Below, piece after piece: positions 23,669 through 36,060 of a stretch of DNA of 43,426 nucleotides (position 1 is the stretch's first letter; each line of letters opens with the position of its first letter). Under the pieces are notes generated by a model that was not told the DNA's origin, searched no databases, and saw only the letters and a list, made by a program, of their open reading frames with translations. Both the position numbers and the translations under genes were made by a program. Source of the stretch: Mesotaenium endlicherianum (lineage: Eukaryota); the NCBI GenBank assembly GCA_009602735.1, contig WELA01002918.1:47427-90852 (forward strand). The letters are read 5' to 3'.

Positions 23669-24436
23669 CAGGTTCGATACAATTGTTAAATGTGCAAGAC
23701 CTGTATACCCTTTACCTCAGACTTAGTAAACAGTCTCTGTGCAAGTATATAAAGAATCGAGGGTAAACAACGTAATGAATGAGCATCAAGCAAATTTGAT
23801 GACAAGAAAAGCATAACGCATGTATCCATTCAATACCTGATGAATTGAGATATGTGCGCCATGGTGAAAATTTAGTTTTTGTGCATGTGCAAACATTGTC
23901 CTTTTGCTTGTTGTACAAGCTCGCTCATACTTGATAACGTGCGCTTTTGTTGATGCATGTTACACCTTCAAGTCTACTCATGAAATACGTCCGTACAACC
24001 CTTTTGTGGCGTACAGTATGATTCTTTATACTCCGTACGCCTGTCTGGCTAGATACGCGATTACACCGACATCTCTTTCAGCATATTTTTTTTTGTATGG
24101 AGTCAATTTAATCACCGAACACGTTCTTCGTAAATTTGGCCATCCACGTAAGTCTGGCGCACGTTTGAACGCCTCGCGCCAGTGCACACGTCGACGGGGA
24201 GGCACTTCATGGAGCCTCGAAAAATGCCGTCCAAAATAGGATGGATGAAAGTTTCAACCTCTTCCTCACCTGCCCTCCATCTGCCCTCACCCTTCGCATT
24301 TTTTTGCAGTTGCAACATATATCTTCTTGTCTGCGCTTGGCAGCTTCTGTAAGCTGTAGATTACACTGAGGTCTATTAACTTAGTACCACAAAAACATAG
24401 ACTCACGGCCGTATCCAACTGCCTCACATCTATCTT

Positions 24437-24939
24437 TGTAGTGAAACAGATAGATAAAGTGCTTAGTAAAATAGAATACTTTATCAATTCAAGACAAGGA
24501 TCTTTGAACACAAGTGGTAGCTTCTTGAAAGAGAGATGGCTTCTTGAAAGTTAATATATTTCTGGATTTTGGCAAGTACAAGAGTGATTATGGAATGTCT
24601 TTCTATGTTCTAGCTCTTGTTTATATACTTGCTACATAAGTAATTTCTAGGAAGGTGTATGTTGATGTGTTGGCACCCAACACATCCCAAAACTTGCCAC
24701 CTCTTTCTAGAATAATGTACACATGTCCTTTTGACCTAAAAATGGCACATTTGACTTTTGCCACATGGAGTTCTTCTAGGTCTTTCCTCTAACTTCGAAA
24801 ATGCCTTGGAAGGTTCAAAGGACATGAACCAAGTTACTAGAGTACCTATTCACACTTGAATCCACACAATAATACTCCAAATGTATTTGAAAACATTAAA
24901 ATATATGCAAACTAATATATAATAACTCAAATCACTACA
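24437..24939 (-). repeat. 3' LTR of Gypsy copy 1
   Basis: 503 bp, TG...CA with 8-bp terminal inverted repeat; about 15 substitutions versus 30637-31139 by eye. Confidence 0.96.
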
Positions 24940-24950
24940 TCAACCCCCCG
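24940..24950 (-). promoter_or_regulatory. Polypurine tract (short, G-rich)
   Basis: Minus strand CGGGGGGTTGA immediately upstream of the 3' LTR. Confidence 0.6.
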
Positions 24951-26445
24951 ACAGAAAAAGCGACGTCTCGGCGTGTCAAGTAAGGTTTTACAAATGTGGT
25001 GCAGACTAGTCAACAGCTTCAAGTTAGATGCCACACATGTGAAGAGGATTAGTCCAAGGCGCCAAGTCAGGTGCTACACATGTAAGGTAGACTAGGCAAG
25101 GTCGTAGGTGGTGTGACCGTATTGGCTAGCCTACTCCTTAATGATAAAGAAAATTGTACAAGTTGGCCCAGAATCTGCCACAAATTCAAAAATTCATAGC
25201 GGCCACAGAACTGCTCCAAATCTGAAAATTTGAGTGCCAAACAAACCGCGTCGGAGAACTCTACCAGGTCACCAAATTTGAGAGCATTCTAGTTTCTTCA
25301 GTATCGTTGAGAGCTGAGAGAGTAGGCACTCCTCCAAATCTGTGCAGAAACTTCTGAAAATCATAAGTCCTTCTATACTTCTCCAAATTCTGCAAACTAA
25401 GTCTCAAACTGGGCGCTGTAAGATGTTCTACCAGAGTCTTGAGTTTCAGAGCATTCCAAGTTCAGGGGAAGGCACAATGTCAGAAGGCATATTCTGTCCT
25501 AACAATGCCAGCAGCCTGACCCCCTTCTACTTAGAGCATCATATCTCTCTCACCAGTGCTCCAAATTGAGCAAACTTGGACTCTAAATGACCGGCTACTC
25601 ATGGACTACAGCCAGGTAAATTTTCAGAATTTATTATGCAGAGACCTATTACCAGTAGCAGTTTTAGTTTTCTGTCCAGAAATTGCGAGAAGCGAAGAGT
25701 GTCTAATGTCAATTTTTCCTCTTTCTTGTTCTTGCAGGCTGCCTCCAAGGGGTCTTTTGCTGCTTCTTGATGGTGGCAGGCTGCCTCCCTGAAGNNNNNN
25801 NNNNNNNNNNNNNNNNNNNNNNNNNNNNNNNNNNNNNNNNNNNNNNNNNNNNNNNNNNNNNNNNNNNNNNNNNNNNNNNNNNNNNNNNNNNNNNNNNNNN
25901 NNNNNNNNNNNNNNNNNNNNNNNNNNNNNNNNNNNNNNNNNNNNNNNNNNNNNNNNNNNNNNNNNNNNNNNNNNNNNNNNNNNNNNNNNNNNNNNNNNNN
26001 NNNNNNNNNNNNNNNNNNNNNNNNNNNNNNNNNNNNNNNNNNNNNNNNNNNNNNNNNNNNNNNNNNNNNNNNNNNNNNNNNNNNNNNNNNNNNNNNNNNN
26101 NNNNNNNNNNNNNNNNNNNNNNNNNNNNNNNNNNNNNNNNNNNNNNNNNNNNNNNNNNNNNNNNNNNNNNNNNNNNNNNNNNNNNNNNNNNNNNNNNNNN
26201 NNNNNNNNNNNNNNNNNNNNNNNNNNNNNNNNNNNNNNNNNNNNNNNNNNNNNNNNNNNNNNNNNNNNNNNNNNNNNNNNNNNNNNNNNNNNNNNNNNNN
26301 NNNNNNNNNNNNNNNNNNNNNNNNNNNNNNNNNNNNNNNNNNNNNNNNNNNNNNNNNNNNNNNNNNNNNNNNNNNNNNNNNNNNNNNNNNNNNNNNNNNN
26401 NNNNNNNNNNNNNNNNNNNNNNNNNNNNNNNNNNNNNNNNNNNNN

Positions 26446-29400
26446 TTGTGGCTGCAGGTACTTCATCANNNNNNNNNNNGGCCAGCCGTGAAGCTCAGTG
26501 GCGTGGTCGGATGGAAGCCATAGTTGAGGAAGAATGGGGACTCTTGGGTAGAGGCCTGCGTAGTGTTGTTGTAGGCAAACTCGAGGGGGGTCAAGTACAT
26601 GTCCCAGTCTTGCTCGAGGGTAGACACGTAGGCCTTTAGAGAGGTCTTTAGGGTACGATTCATACGCTCGGTTTGCCCATCTGATTGTGGGTGGTAGGCA
26701 GTAGACATATCCAGCGATGTACCCAAGTTCTTGAAGAGATTTTTCCAGAAATGGCTTGTGAATCTTGGATCTCTATCTGACACAATTCTTGATGGTAGTC
26801 CATGGAGTCGGAAGATGTTGTCAAAGATGAGTCTTGCAAGTTGTGGTGCTGTAGCCTTAGTCGTCGTGGGAATAAAATGAGCCATCTTGGTAAGTCTGTC
26901 CACCACCGTGAGTATTGCATTATGGCCTCGAGGTGTCACGGGCAAGTCCACGATAAGGTCCATTGAGATGTCCGTCCATTGTCTTTCGGGGATTGGTAGT
27001 GGTTGGAGGAGTCCTCCCGCCTTTTGCGATGATGGCTTGATTCTTTGGCATGTGTCACAGCTCCTGCAGTACTCCTTGACTTGCTTAGACATGCCTGGCC
27101 AACAATAAGTCCTAGCTAGAACGCCCGTGGTCCTTAGGATTCCAAAGTGTCCTTCAAGAGGGTTGTCGTGTGCTTCTCGTAGAAGCAAGAGCCAGAGGTC
27201 TAAGTCATTAGGAACACATCTCTGGCCCGTGTCTTGCCTCACCAAATAATTGCCTTCTTGCTTCTTGTATGGGTCCAAGGCTGCTTCTCCGTTCTTGTAG
27301 TAAGGGTCTCTTTCATAGGCGGCTGAAAATCGAGCTTCCAGATCTGTCTTCAGGGATACCATCACTGCATTTAATTGCAGTCTTGAGAGGGGGTCAGCCG
27401 GGTTTGTCTTGCCGGGCTGGTACTGAATCGTGATGTTGTATTGTTGCAAGTATCCGCTCCATCTTGCTTGTCTCCTTGAGAGATACGGCTGCGTTTGGAG
27501 GTGCTTTAACGCCTCGTGGTCCGTGGTGACCAGTACTTTGCGTCCTTCAACGTAGCAGCGCCAAACCTTCAAGGCATGTACAATCGCCAATGCCTCTCGC
27601 TCCGTGGTTGTATAATTTTGCTCGGCTGGATTTAGCTTCCTTGACTCGTAGGCGATGGGCTGCAGTCCCTTGCCTTGGTCTTGAAGCAGGATTGCTCCTA
27701 TTGCATAGGAAGATGCATCGGTGATGACGTGGAAGGGCCAATCTGGGTTTGGACTTGGGAGTGTGAGCACCGGGGATGTGGTCAATCTTCGCTTTAACTC
27801 TTGAAATGCCTCTTCCTCTTTCTCGGTCCATGTATATAGCCTGTCCTTCTTGAGTAGATCTGTCAGGGGGGCTGCTATGTGCGAGAAGCCTTGGATGAAT
27901 TTTCTGTACCAATTGGCAAATCCCAAGAATGACTGGAGTTCTTTCTTGGTCGTGGGGGTTGGCCATTCCTCCACCACCGTGGTCTTCTTGGGGTCCATCT
28001 TGATGCCATCAGCAGTCACGTGGAGACCTAGGAACTCCACTTCTTGTTTGGCAAACTCGCACTTTGACTCCTTCGCAAATAGCTTGTTTTGCTTCAATAC
28101 TTCAAGGACTTCTTTCAAGTGTCTCGCATGCTCTTCAAGGGTCTTGCTGTAGATAAGGATGTCATCGATGAATACCACCACAAATCTGTCCAACATGGGC
28201 TGAAATATGGTGTTCATCATAGTCATGAAAGTTGCTGGCGCGTTGGTGAGTCCAAATGGCAGGACCATGAACTCAAAATGTCCATATCTTGTCCTGAATG
28301 CCGTCTTCTCTATGTCCGGTTCTGCGATGCGAATCTGGTGGTAGCCGCTCCGTAAGTCAATCTTCGTGAAGTACTTGGCTCCAACCAGCCGGTCCATGAG
28401 CTCATCCATGCGCGGCAGCGGGTATCGATTCTTGATGGTGATCTTGTTGAGGGCGCGATAGTCCACACACATCCTCAAGGTACCATCTTTCTTCTTGACA
28501 AATAGCACCGGGGCTCCAAATGGCGACTTGCTAGGTCGAATGAAGCCATGCTCCAGTAGCTCCTTGATTTGCTTCTTGACTTCGTCTAGCTCCGTGTATG
28601 ACATTTTGAACGTAGGCCGAGAGATGGGCTTGCTTCCGGGCTCCAACTCTATCTTGTGGTCTACGAATCTTTTGGGGGGTAGGCCCTTGGGCAATTCCGG
28701 GGAGAACACTTCTTTGTAGTCCTCTAAGACTTCTTGTATCTCCTTGGGAACGGGGCTGCCTTCTTGACTCTCGATGTCTTTCTTGATGTCTTTTGGCGTG
28801 ATCAAGGCCAAAAGAAGCTCGTGTCCCTTCCTCACAAGTCTCTTGAGTTGGAGGGCGGACAATAGTATCTCGTGTGCCGGCTTCTGGATGTCTTGGGTCT
28901 GGATATTCTGGATTGCGCGCAAAATACAGATTCTTGAAGTGATGTCATTCTTGATCTTGATAGTACCGGTCCTCCAATCAACTTGGGGGTTGTGCTTGGT
29001 CAACCAAGGCGTCCCTAGGATGACGTCGTACTTGCCCAATTGCATGGGGGAGAACACTACTCTATCCTTGAAGGACTTGATAGAGAGTGCCAAGGGGTAC
29101 GTCTTCTTGGAAGGGGTAGTATAGGAGAATCCATCGGGCATCATAATCTCCTCGTCGTGGTCAAGAGTTCGCATAGTAATACCGTGCTTGGTGGCAAAAT
29201 CTGCAGCAATGAAGTTGCCTTGAGCTCCGCTATCCACCAAGATGTGGACCTTCTCTCCTCCAAGGTAACCTCTCAAACTCATTGGGGCTGGAACGTCGTC
29301 TTCAACGGGGGTCTCCACCTCACTTGGCTTGTTGTCTTCTCGTGAAGTGGGTCTTGGGGCAGTAGGCCCCTGGCCTACCGGCGCTGTCCGGTTTTTGACA

Positions 29401-29453
29401 ACTTTTTGGGGCATGAAAGTGCACGATGGCCCTTTTCCTTGCAATAAAAGCAT
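26446..29453 (-). CDS. pol: Gypsy Pol (protease, reverse transcriptase, RNase H, integrase); C-terminus lost in gap 25795-26445
   Basis: Protease [43 protein letters not shown]; RNase H TDAS/EREAL/TDH/ADPLSR; integrase H..H/C..C plus SMD, SDRD, QTERMN; DEVPAAT readable past the small gap; -1 frame relative to gag. Confidence 0.96.
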
Positions 29454-30580
29454 AGTCCAGCCGTCATGAGAGCTTCTTTTTCAGCCGGGGAGAGTCTTGC
29501 TTTCACTCCTTGCTGGTTTCTTGCATCATAAGTGTCATTGAAGGGTCTTCCACTCTTCCGAGCAGCCACGGGGTCCCTTTTATTAACTCCAATTTCCATG
29601 AGTGTGGGTCCAGATTCGGATGTGGAAGGGGCTGCGTACACCCGCGTCGCCGGTACCCGTGAAGATGGAGGCACGGAGTGCTTGAAATCCAAGGTATCCA
29701 CCTTTTGGGCCATGTCAATGATCCTTGAGAAGTCCGTCAAATCGCGTGATTCCACTTCCTTTGCCACCTTGGGCTTGAGGCCAAAGATGTAGCGGTCAAT
29801 CTTCTCCTCGAGAGACATGTTGGGGATCTCAAGAGTGAGGGCGTGAAATCTGGATGTATACTCTTGAACGGACGTCGTTTGCTTGAGATGGTGGAGCTTT
29901 CCTCGGGCAATCTTCTCCGCATTGATGGGCATGAATTGCTTCTTGAGGGCCTCACGAAAATCTGCCCATCTTGCATATGATGGTGGGGGCTCTTGGCCGA
30001 GCATGGGGTGCGCCATAGCTTGATATATAGCCGCTTGATAGTTACGCCACCATGATGTTGCTGCTCCTCTAAGTAAGGTAACGGCAAAGGGAACGTAGTC
30101 CTCCTCGGGTACTTCAAGGAATGCGAGGTACGTCTCCACTTGGTAGAGCCATAAATTCAGGTTGGCACCATTCCTGGGGTTGAAAGTGTCGGGTTTGCCG
30201 GGCTTGATGAGTTTCCTTGCTCTCGTTGGCTCTTGTGGAGGCGCTTGAGCCGGGGCTGGATTTTGAGCATTGCTCGCAATAGGGGCAATTATGGCAACCA
30301 TAGCTTCTCTTGACGCTTGCACGGTTGCTTCATAGGTGGGCAGGTCCACTTGGTTGTGGACGATCATTAGAAAGGCTGCCCACTCATTTGCGGGAACTCC
30401 TTGTGGTAGGGTTAACTTTGCTATAGCGGCTGCCACGGGATTTGACGGGGCTCCTCCTTGTGGTGCTTCTTGTTGTTGCAGATTTTCTTGAGTGGGCTCT
30501 CCCATCGGCGCTGGAAAAGGGTGTCTTGGAGAGGAAGGGCTTCCTTCGAAAGCTTGCTGTTGGTCTTGAGGATTGGCCAT
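29375..30580 (-). CDS. gag: Gypsy Gag (401 aa) with CCHC zinc knuckle
   Basis: [16 protein letters not shown]...[22 protein letters not shown] motifs; [14 protein letters not shown]. Confidence 0.95.
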   Translation of the reverse strand: MANPQDQQQAFEGSPSSPRHPFPAPMGEPTQENLQQQEAPQGGAPSNPVAAAIAKLTLPQGVPANEWAAFLMIVHNQVDLPTYEATVQASREAMVAIIAPIASNAQNPAPAQAPPQEPTRARKLIKPGKPDTFNPRNGANLNLWLYQVETYLAFLEVPEEDYVPFAVTLLRGAATSWWRNYQAAIYQAMAHPMLGQEPPPSYARWADFREALKKQFMPINAEKIARGKLHHLKQTTSVQEYTSRFHALTLEIPNMSLEEKIDRYIFGLKPKVAKEVESRDLTDFSRIIDMAQKVDTLDFKHSVPPSSRVPATRVYAAPSTSESGPTLMEIGVNKRDPVAARKSGRPFNDTYDARNQQGVKARLSPAEKEALMTAGLCFYCKEKGHRALSCPKKLSKTGQRR

Positions 30581-30600
30581 CTTCTTGTGCTACCAAAGTG

Positions 30601-30616
30601 CCTAGCTCCGATATTA
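30601..30616 (-). promoter_or_regulatory. Primer-binding site (tRNA-iMet type), mutated TGG to TAA
   Basis: Minus strand TAATATCGGAGCTAGG vs TGGTATCGGAGCTAGG in copy 2; adjacent to a small assembly duplication at n 30628. Confidence 0.7.
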
Positions 30617-30636
30617 CTGTAGTGAAANAATATTAC

Positions 30637-31139
30637 TGTAGTGAAACAGATAGATAAAGTACTTAGTAAAATAGAATATTTTATCTATTCAAGACAAGGA
30701 TCTTTGAACACAAGTGGTAGCTTCTTGAAAGAGAGATGGCTTCTTGAAAGTTAATATATTTCTGGATTTTGGCAAGTACAAGAGTGATTCTGGAATGTCT
30801 TTCTATGTTCCAGCTCTTGTTTATATACTTGCTACATAAGTAATTTCTAGGAAGGTGTATGTTGATGTGTTGGCACCCAACACATCCCAAAACTTGCCAC
30901 CTCTTTCTAGAATAATGTACACATGTCCTTTTGACCTAAAAATGGCACATTTGACTTTTGCCACGTGGAGTTCTTCTAGGTCTTTCCTCTAACTTCGAAA
31001 ATGCCTTAGAAGGTCCAAAGAACATGATCCAAGTTACTAGAGTACCTATTCACATTTGAATCCACACAATACTACTCTAAATATATTTGAAAACATTAAA
31101 ATATATGCAAACTATTATATAATAACTCAAATCACTACA
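30637..31139 (-). repeat. 5' LTR of Gypsy copy 1
   Basis: 503 bp, direct repeat of 24437-24939. Confidence 0.96.
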
Positions 31140-31148
31140 ATCTCTGTC

Positions 31149-31579
31149 ATGGAATATGGTGAAGCATGTCCGCGAACGTTAAAGGGAATAGATCTCCTTT
31201 TGTGGATTAAATCGTGCATTAAAAATCGTAATGAAGATTACAAGAGTATGCTAAAAATCATGAAAGAATTGTGAATGACCTACGGGCTCATACTATTTGC
31301 ATGCAACGACTTGTTGTTGCTTACAAGGATCGTATGAAAGCTAATGAAATAATCACTCCACCACCTGTTAAGACAATTATTAGAATACATTGTCGGTTGG
31401 AAGAAGCAGGGAAAGACTATGATACATTACTTCACAGGTTGGAGAAGGCTGTCAAGATTCAATGCAGCATGGCTGACAATATGTGGACACTACAGGCAGA
31501 AGTTAACAGTGTTCTTGACGCAATCCTAGAGTACAAGGTTTTTGTCTTAAGTAAGATTTCTTCTGCATACAAGAGGTAG
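31149..31579 (+). pseudogene. Possible frameshifted ORF (~143 aa) between Gypsy copy 1 and the hAT
   Basis: ATG 31149 MEYGEACPRTLKGIDLLLWIKSCIKNRNEDYKSMLKIMKE overlaps a second frame (IVNDLRAHTICMQRL...SAYKR*) at ~31265-31274; no recognised motif. Confidence 0.25.
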
Positions 31580-31649
31580 GATGTGGAGGAATGGGGTGGT
31601 TTTTCTCAAATTTTCCTTCGGGTATTTGTATTCCACATGACTATTTTTC

Positions 31650-31735
31650 CAGGGTTACGCCGTACGCCGTATTGGCCAACCTTCGTACGCTTAAATAAGC
31701 GTACTGCGTCGGTACGCTCGTACTAAGCGTACGAT
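31650..31735 (+). repeat. Left TIR plus subterminal CGTAC / TAAGCGTAC motifs
   Basis: TIR followed by repeated cgtac(g) and the palindrome GTACGCTTA-aa-TAAGCGTAC. Confidence 0.85.
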
Positions 31736-32320
31736 TAAATTTTTATTCGTGCGCGCCGCCCAGCAACGTTTTGACACCTTCACGTCTGCCACCGCACGCT
31801 CTGTTTCACTCGTGACTTTGCATACATCGTCGATCGACGGGATTCAAACTTCCAAGTGCATCTTGACAGGTTTGTGGAGCAACGGCGGGAACTAAAAAAA
31901 AGTCGCTAGCCTTTTCACCAATATTTTGGCCACCAGCCATTTCAATTTTCGCCTCCAACGTGCATCTGCTTGAGTTGCTGCCCATCTTACAAGCTACAAT
32001 CCTTTTGGCCAATTTCGCGGAGCCTACTTAAGAGACTTCTAGCGCCTTTCTTTGCATTTCGCACCTGCTATTCATCTTAAGTTTTCTTACTTCCGCATTT
32101 AGGACCTTGCTGCCTTGCATTCCTCAGGCTGTAACACATCCAGGCCAGCAGCGGACGGGCCGAAGCTGGAGTGGACGGCGTGATTCAAGCCCGTTNAAGC
32201 TGGAGTGGACGGCGTGATTCAAGGCCGTTTCCTGTACTACAAGGTGGCGCCGTCTTCACGCTCACGCGCCTCACCACCAACATCTCTCAGGTGCGTCCAT
32301 CCCCTCTTGCCCTCTTTGCG

Positions 32321-33484
32321 ACCAGCCCCTTGCTTGCTATTGTTGGGGCTGGCTGCCAGCCCCTTGCGTGCTTTTGTCGGGGCTGGCAACCAGCCCCTTG
32401 CTTGCTTGTGTCGGGGCTGGCTGCCAGCCCCTTGTTTGCTTTTTGGGGGGCTGGCAACCAGTCCCTTGCTTTTTTGTGTCGGGGCTGGCAGCCAGCCCCT
32501 TGCTTGCCTGTGTCGGGGTTGGCTGCTAGCCCCTTGCTTCATTGTGTTGGGGCTGGCAACTAGCCCCTTCATTGCTTGTGTCGGGACTGGCTGCCAGCCC
32601 CTTGCATGCTTTTTGGGGGGCTGGCAACCAGCCCCTTGCTTGCTCTTAGGGGGGCTAGCTGCCAGCCCCTTGTGTACTTTTGTCGGGGCTGGCAACCAGC
32701 CCCTTGCTTCCCTGTGTCGGGGCTGGCTGCCAGCCCCTTGCTTGCTTTTTGGGGGGCTGGCAATCAGCCCCTTGTTTGCTTTTTGGGGGGCTGGCAATCA
32801 GCCCCTTGCTTGCTTGTGTCGGGGCTGGCTGCCAGCCCCTTGTTTGCTTTTTGGGGGGCTGGCAACCAGCCCCTTGCTTGCTTGTGTCGGGGCTGGCAAC
32901 CAGCCCCTTGCTTGCCTGTGTCGGGGCTGGCAGCCAGCCCCTTGCTTGCCTGTGTCGGGGCTGGCAGCCAGCCCCTTGCTTCATTGTGTCGGGCTGGCAA
33001 CCAGCCCCTTCATTGCTTGTGTTGGGGCTGGCAACCAGCCCCTTGCTTGATCTTAGGGGGGCTGGCTGCCAGCCCCTTGCGTGCTTTTGTCGGGGCTGGC
33101 AACCAGCCCCTTGCTTGCCTGTGTCCGGGCTGGCAGCCAGCCCCTTGCTTCATTGTGTCGGGGCTGGCAACCAGCCCCTTCATTGCTTGTGTTGGGACTG
33201 GCAACCAGCCCCTTGCTTGATCTTAGGGGGGCTGGCTGCCAGCCCCTTGCGTGCTTTTGTCGGGGCTAGCAACCAGCCCCTTGCTTCCTTGTGTCGGGGC
33301 TGGCTGCCAGCCCCTTGCTTGCTTTTTTGGGGGCTGGGGACCAGCCCCTTGCTTGCTCTTAGGGGGGCTGGCAACCAGCCCCTTGCTTCCTTGTGTCGGG
33401 GCTGGCTGCCAGCCCCTTGCTTGCTTTTTGGGGTGCTAGCTGCCAGCCCCTTGCTTGCTTGTGTTGGGGCTGGTTGCCAGCCCC
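32321..33484 (+). repeat. Array of ~34 tandem 34-bp hairpin units: GGGGCTGG-(CTG/CAA/CAG)-CCAGCCCC plus a 15-nt T/G-rich linker
   Basis: GGGG starts at 32345, 32379, 32413 ... 33466 in 34-bp register; linkers recur with a 5-unit (170-bp) higher-order period around 32970-33310; degenerate units continue to ~33775. Confidence 0.95.
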
Positions 33485-35280
33485 TCTTGTTGGTTTAGGG
33501 TTTTAGTCGGGGCTGGCTATTGTTGTGCCCCTTGCTTGCTTTTGTCGAGGTTGGCTGCCAGCCCCTCGCTTGCAATGTGTTTAAGTCGGGGTGGGCTGCC
33601 AGCCTCTTGCTCGTTAAGTCAGGGTTTTTATTGGGGCTGGCTGCTGTTGTGCCCCTTTGCTTGCTTCTGTCGAGGCTGGCAGGTAGCCCCTTGCTTGCTG
33701 TTTCAGGGTTTTAGTGGGGGTGGGCTGCCAACCCCTTGCTCGGTTTTCACGGGGCTGGCTGGCATCCCCTTGCTTACAATTTTGAGATTTTAGTCCACAT
33801 TTGCACCAGCTCTATCTGCAACCTGCTGTGCCTGTGTTGTTCATTCTTGCTTCCTTCCTTTTCTAACTCGGCTGCTGTTTTTGTGCACCCATTGCACATT
33901 TGTTGTTCTGCTGATTGTGAACTTTCTCCCTCGTGCTTGCGTGTTTGTGTCCTGTTGATTAGGGCTAGCTGTCTGTTGCATCTTTTTACAGCTTTGTCTC
34001 CCTTTTTTTCTTTTGTGAAGCAGGGCAAGATAATAAGGAGCGAGTAGACCCCCCTTGTGCCTACCCCACGTGTGCCCATTGACGCGTGAGCGACATTGAC
34101 ACGTGGACAGGTGCCTTAATCCTCCTTCCTCTTTCCCGTTCTCTCTCGTGCCCCTTGTTTGCTGTGGTCGGGGCTGGCTGCCAGCCCCTTGCTTGCTTGT
34201 GTTGGGACTGGCTGCCAGCCCCTTATTTGCTGTTGGTGGGGCTGGGTGCCGCCCTGCTGTCTGGCCGCAGCAGCCGCCCTTAGCATGCTGTCTGGTGCAT
34301 GCTGTCTGGCTGCTGTGGTGCTGCAGCAGCTCGCCCCTTGCTTGCTTGATTGGGATTGCTGCTGCTGTTTTGACGACCCTATGCCCTTTTGTGTGTCTTG
34401 TATCAGTGAGGAAGGCGTGAAAAAGAAGCTACCAGACTCACCCCTCATTGGTGCACACACGTCTTCCGACACGCGCATCAGGTGCCATGCCCTTCCCTAT
34501 CTCCTTTCTCCCTCTTTGCCCTGTTCTTACTGGTAGTGGCGTCCGCGCGCCCCTTGCTTTTTTGAGTGGGGCTGTCTGGCATGCTGTCTGGCTGCTGCTG
34601 TGCTACAGTTGCCCCTTGCTTGTTTTGGTTGGGGCTGTCTGGCTGCAGCACCGTGCTCTTGCTGGTGTGCTGTTGTCTATCTTACATGTGTGTACATTGT
34701 CCCTTCTCTTATGTGTGAAGCAGCCCAAGTTCAAAACGAGCGAGTCGGCAGGCCTTGCGCCAATCCACACGCAGCCAATCTCCAACAAGTGTTTCAGGTC
34801 CCCCCCCCTTCCCCTGCGTCTCCCTCCCTTGCGTATTTTTCTCTTGCTTTGGTCGGGGCAGTCTGTCTTTTGTGCTGCAGCCGCCCCTTGCATGCTCTGG
34901 TCAGGGCGGGCTGGCTGCTGCTTTGCTGCAGCAGCCCCTTGCATGCTCTTGTCAGGGCGAGCTGCTAGCCCCTTGCTTGATTTTGTGGGGCTGGCTGTTA
35001 GCCCCGAGCTTGCTGTTGAGTCTTGTCGGGGCTGGTTGTCAGCCCCTTGCTTGCTTTTGTCAGGGCTGGCTGCCAGTCCCTTGCCTGTTGTCTTAGGGTT
35101 ACAGTCAGGGCGGGCTGGTTTGCCTTTGCTTGCTGTTTAGGATTTTAGTGGGGGCGGGCTGCCAGCGCCTTGCTTAGTTTTGTCGGGGCTGGCTGTTAGC
35201 CCCGGACTTGCTTTTGAGTTTTGTCGAGGCTGGTTGTCAGCCCCTTGCTTGCTCTCTTAGGGTTTTAGTCGGGGCGGGCT

Positions 35281-36060
35281 GGCTTGCTGTTTTAGGGTTT
35301 AGTCGAGGCGGGCTTGCTTGCTGTTTTAGGGACTTAGTTGAGGCTGGGTGTTGTCGTGCTTGCTCGTGTCGGGGCTGGCGGCCAACCTCATGCATGGTCT
35401 TGTCGGGGCTGGCTGCCAGCCCCGTGCTTGCTCTTGTTGGGGCTGGCTGCCAGCCCCTTGCTTGCTGCTGTTGGGGCTGGAGGCCTGCGCGTGCTTGCTG
35501 TTTAGGGTTTAGTCGGGGCGGGCTTGCTTGCTGTTTTAGGGTCTTAGTTGAGGCTGGGTGTTGTCGTGCTTGCTCGTGTCGGGGCTGGCGGCCAACCTCA
35601 TGCGTGCTCTTGTCGGGGCTGGCTGCCAGCCCCGTGCTTGCTCTTGTTGGGGCTGGCTGCCAGCCCCTTGCTTGCTGCTGTTGGGGCTGGAGGCCTGCGC
35701 GTGCTTGCTGTTTAGGGTTTAGTCGGGGCGGGCTTGCTTGCTGTTTTAGGGTCTTAGTTGAGGCTGGGTGTTGTCGTGCTTGCTCGTGTGGGGGCTGGCG
35801 GCCAACCCCGTGCGTGATCTTGTCGGGGTTGGCTGCCAGCCCCTTGCTTGCTGCTGTTGGGGCTGGCGGCCAGCCCGTGCTTGCTATTTTAGGGTTTAGT
35901 CAGGGCGGGCTTGCTTGCTGTTTTAGGGTCTTAGTTGGGGCTGGCTGTTGTCCTGCTTGCTTGTGTCGGGGTTGGCGGCCAACCTCATGCGTGCTCTTGT
36001 CGGGGCTGGCTGCCAGCCCCTTGCTTGCTGCTGTTGGGGCTGGCGGCCAGCCCGTGCTTT
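35281..36060 (+). repeat. 210-bp higher-order tandem repeat (~3.5 copies) built from the hairpin unit plus TTTAGGG motifs
   Basis: tttagggtttagtc at 35291, 35501, 35711 (210-bp period) and 35888 (shorter unit). Confidence 0.9.

Larger units (their letters stand above)
24437..31139 (-). mobile_element. Full-length Ty3/Gypsy LTR retrotransposon, copy 1 (~6.7 kb)
   Basis: Two 503-bp LTRs with TGTAGTGA...TCACTACA ends; near-perfect 5-bp TSD ATCTT (24432-24436) / ATCTC (31140-31144); gag then pol in PR-RT-RH-IN order. Confidence 0.97.

Noticed and set aside
25795..26445. Chromodomain (chromovirus assignment)
   Set aside because: The region is all N; it cannot be seen, so it is not claimed
30610..30646. 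Short duplication at the LTR/PBS boundary
   Set aside because: Flanks a single n; typical contig-overlap artefact
32164..32228. Direct repeat aagctggagtggacggcgtgattcaag
   Set aside because: Copies are separated by a single n; likely assembly overlap
32321..33484. CRISPR array
   Set aside because: Linkers are only 15 nt, mutually similar and recurrent rather than unique spacers; no cas genes; eukaryotic transposon context
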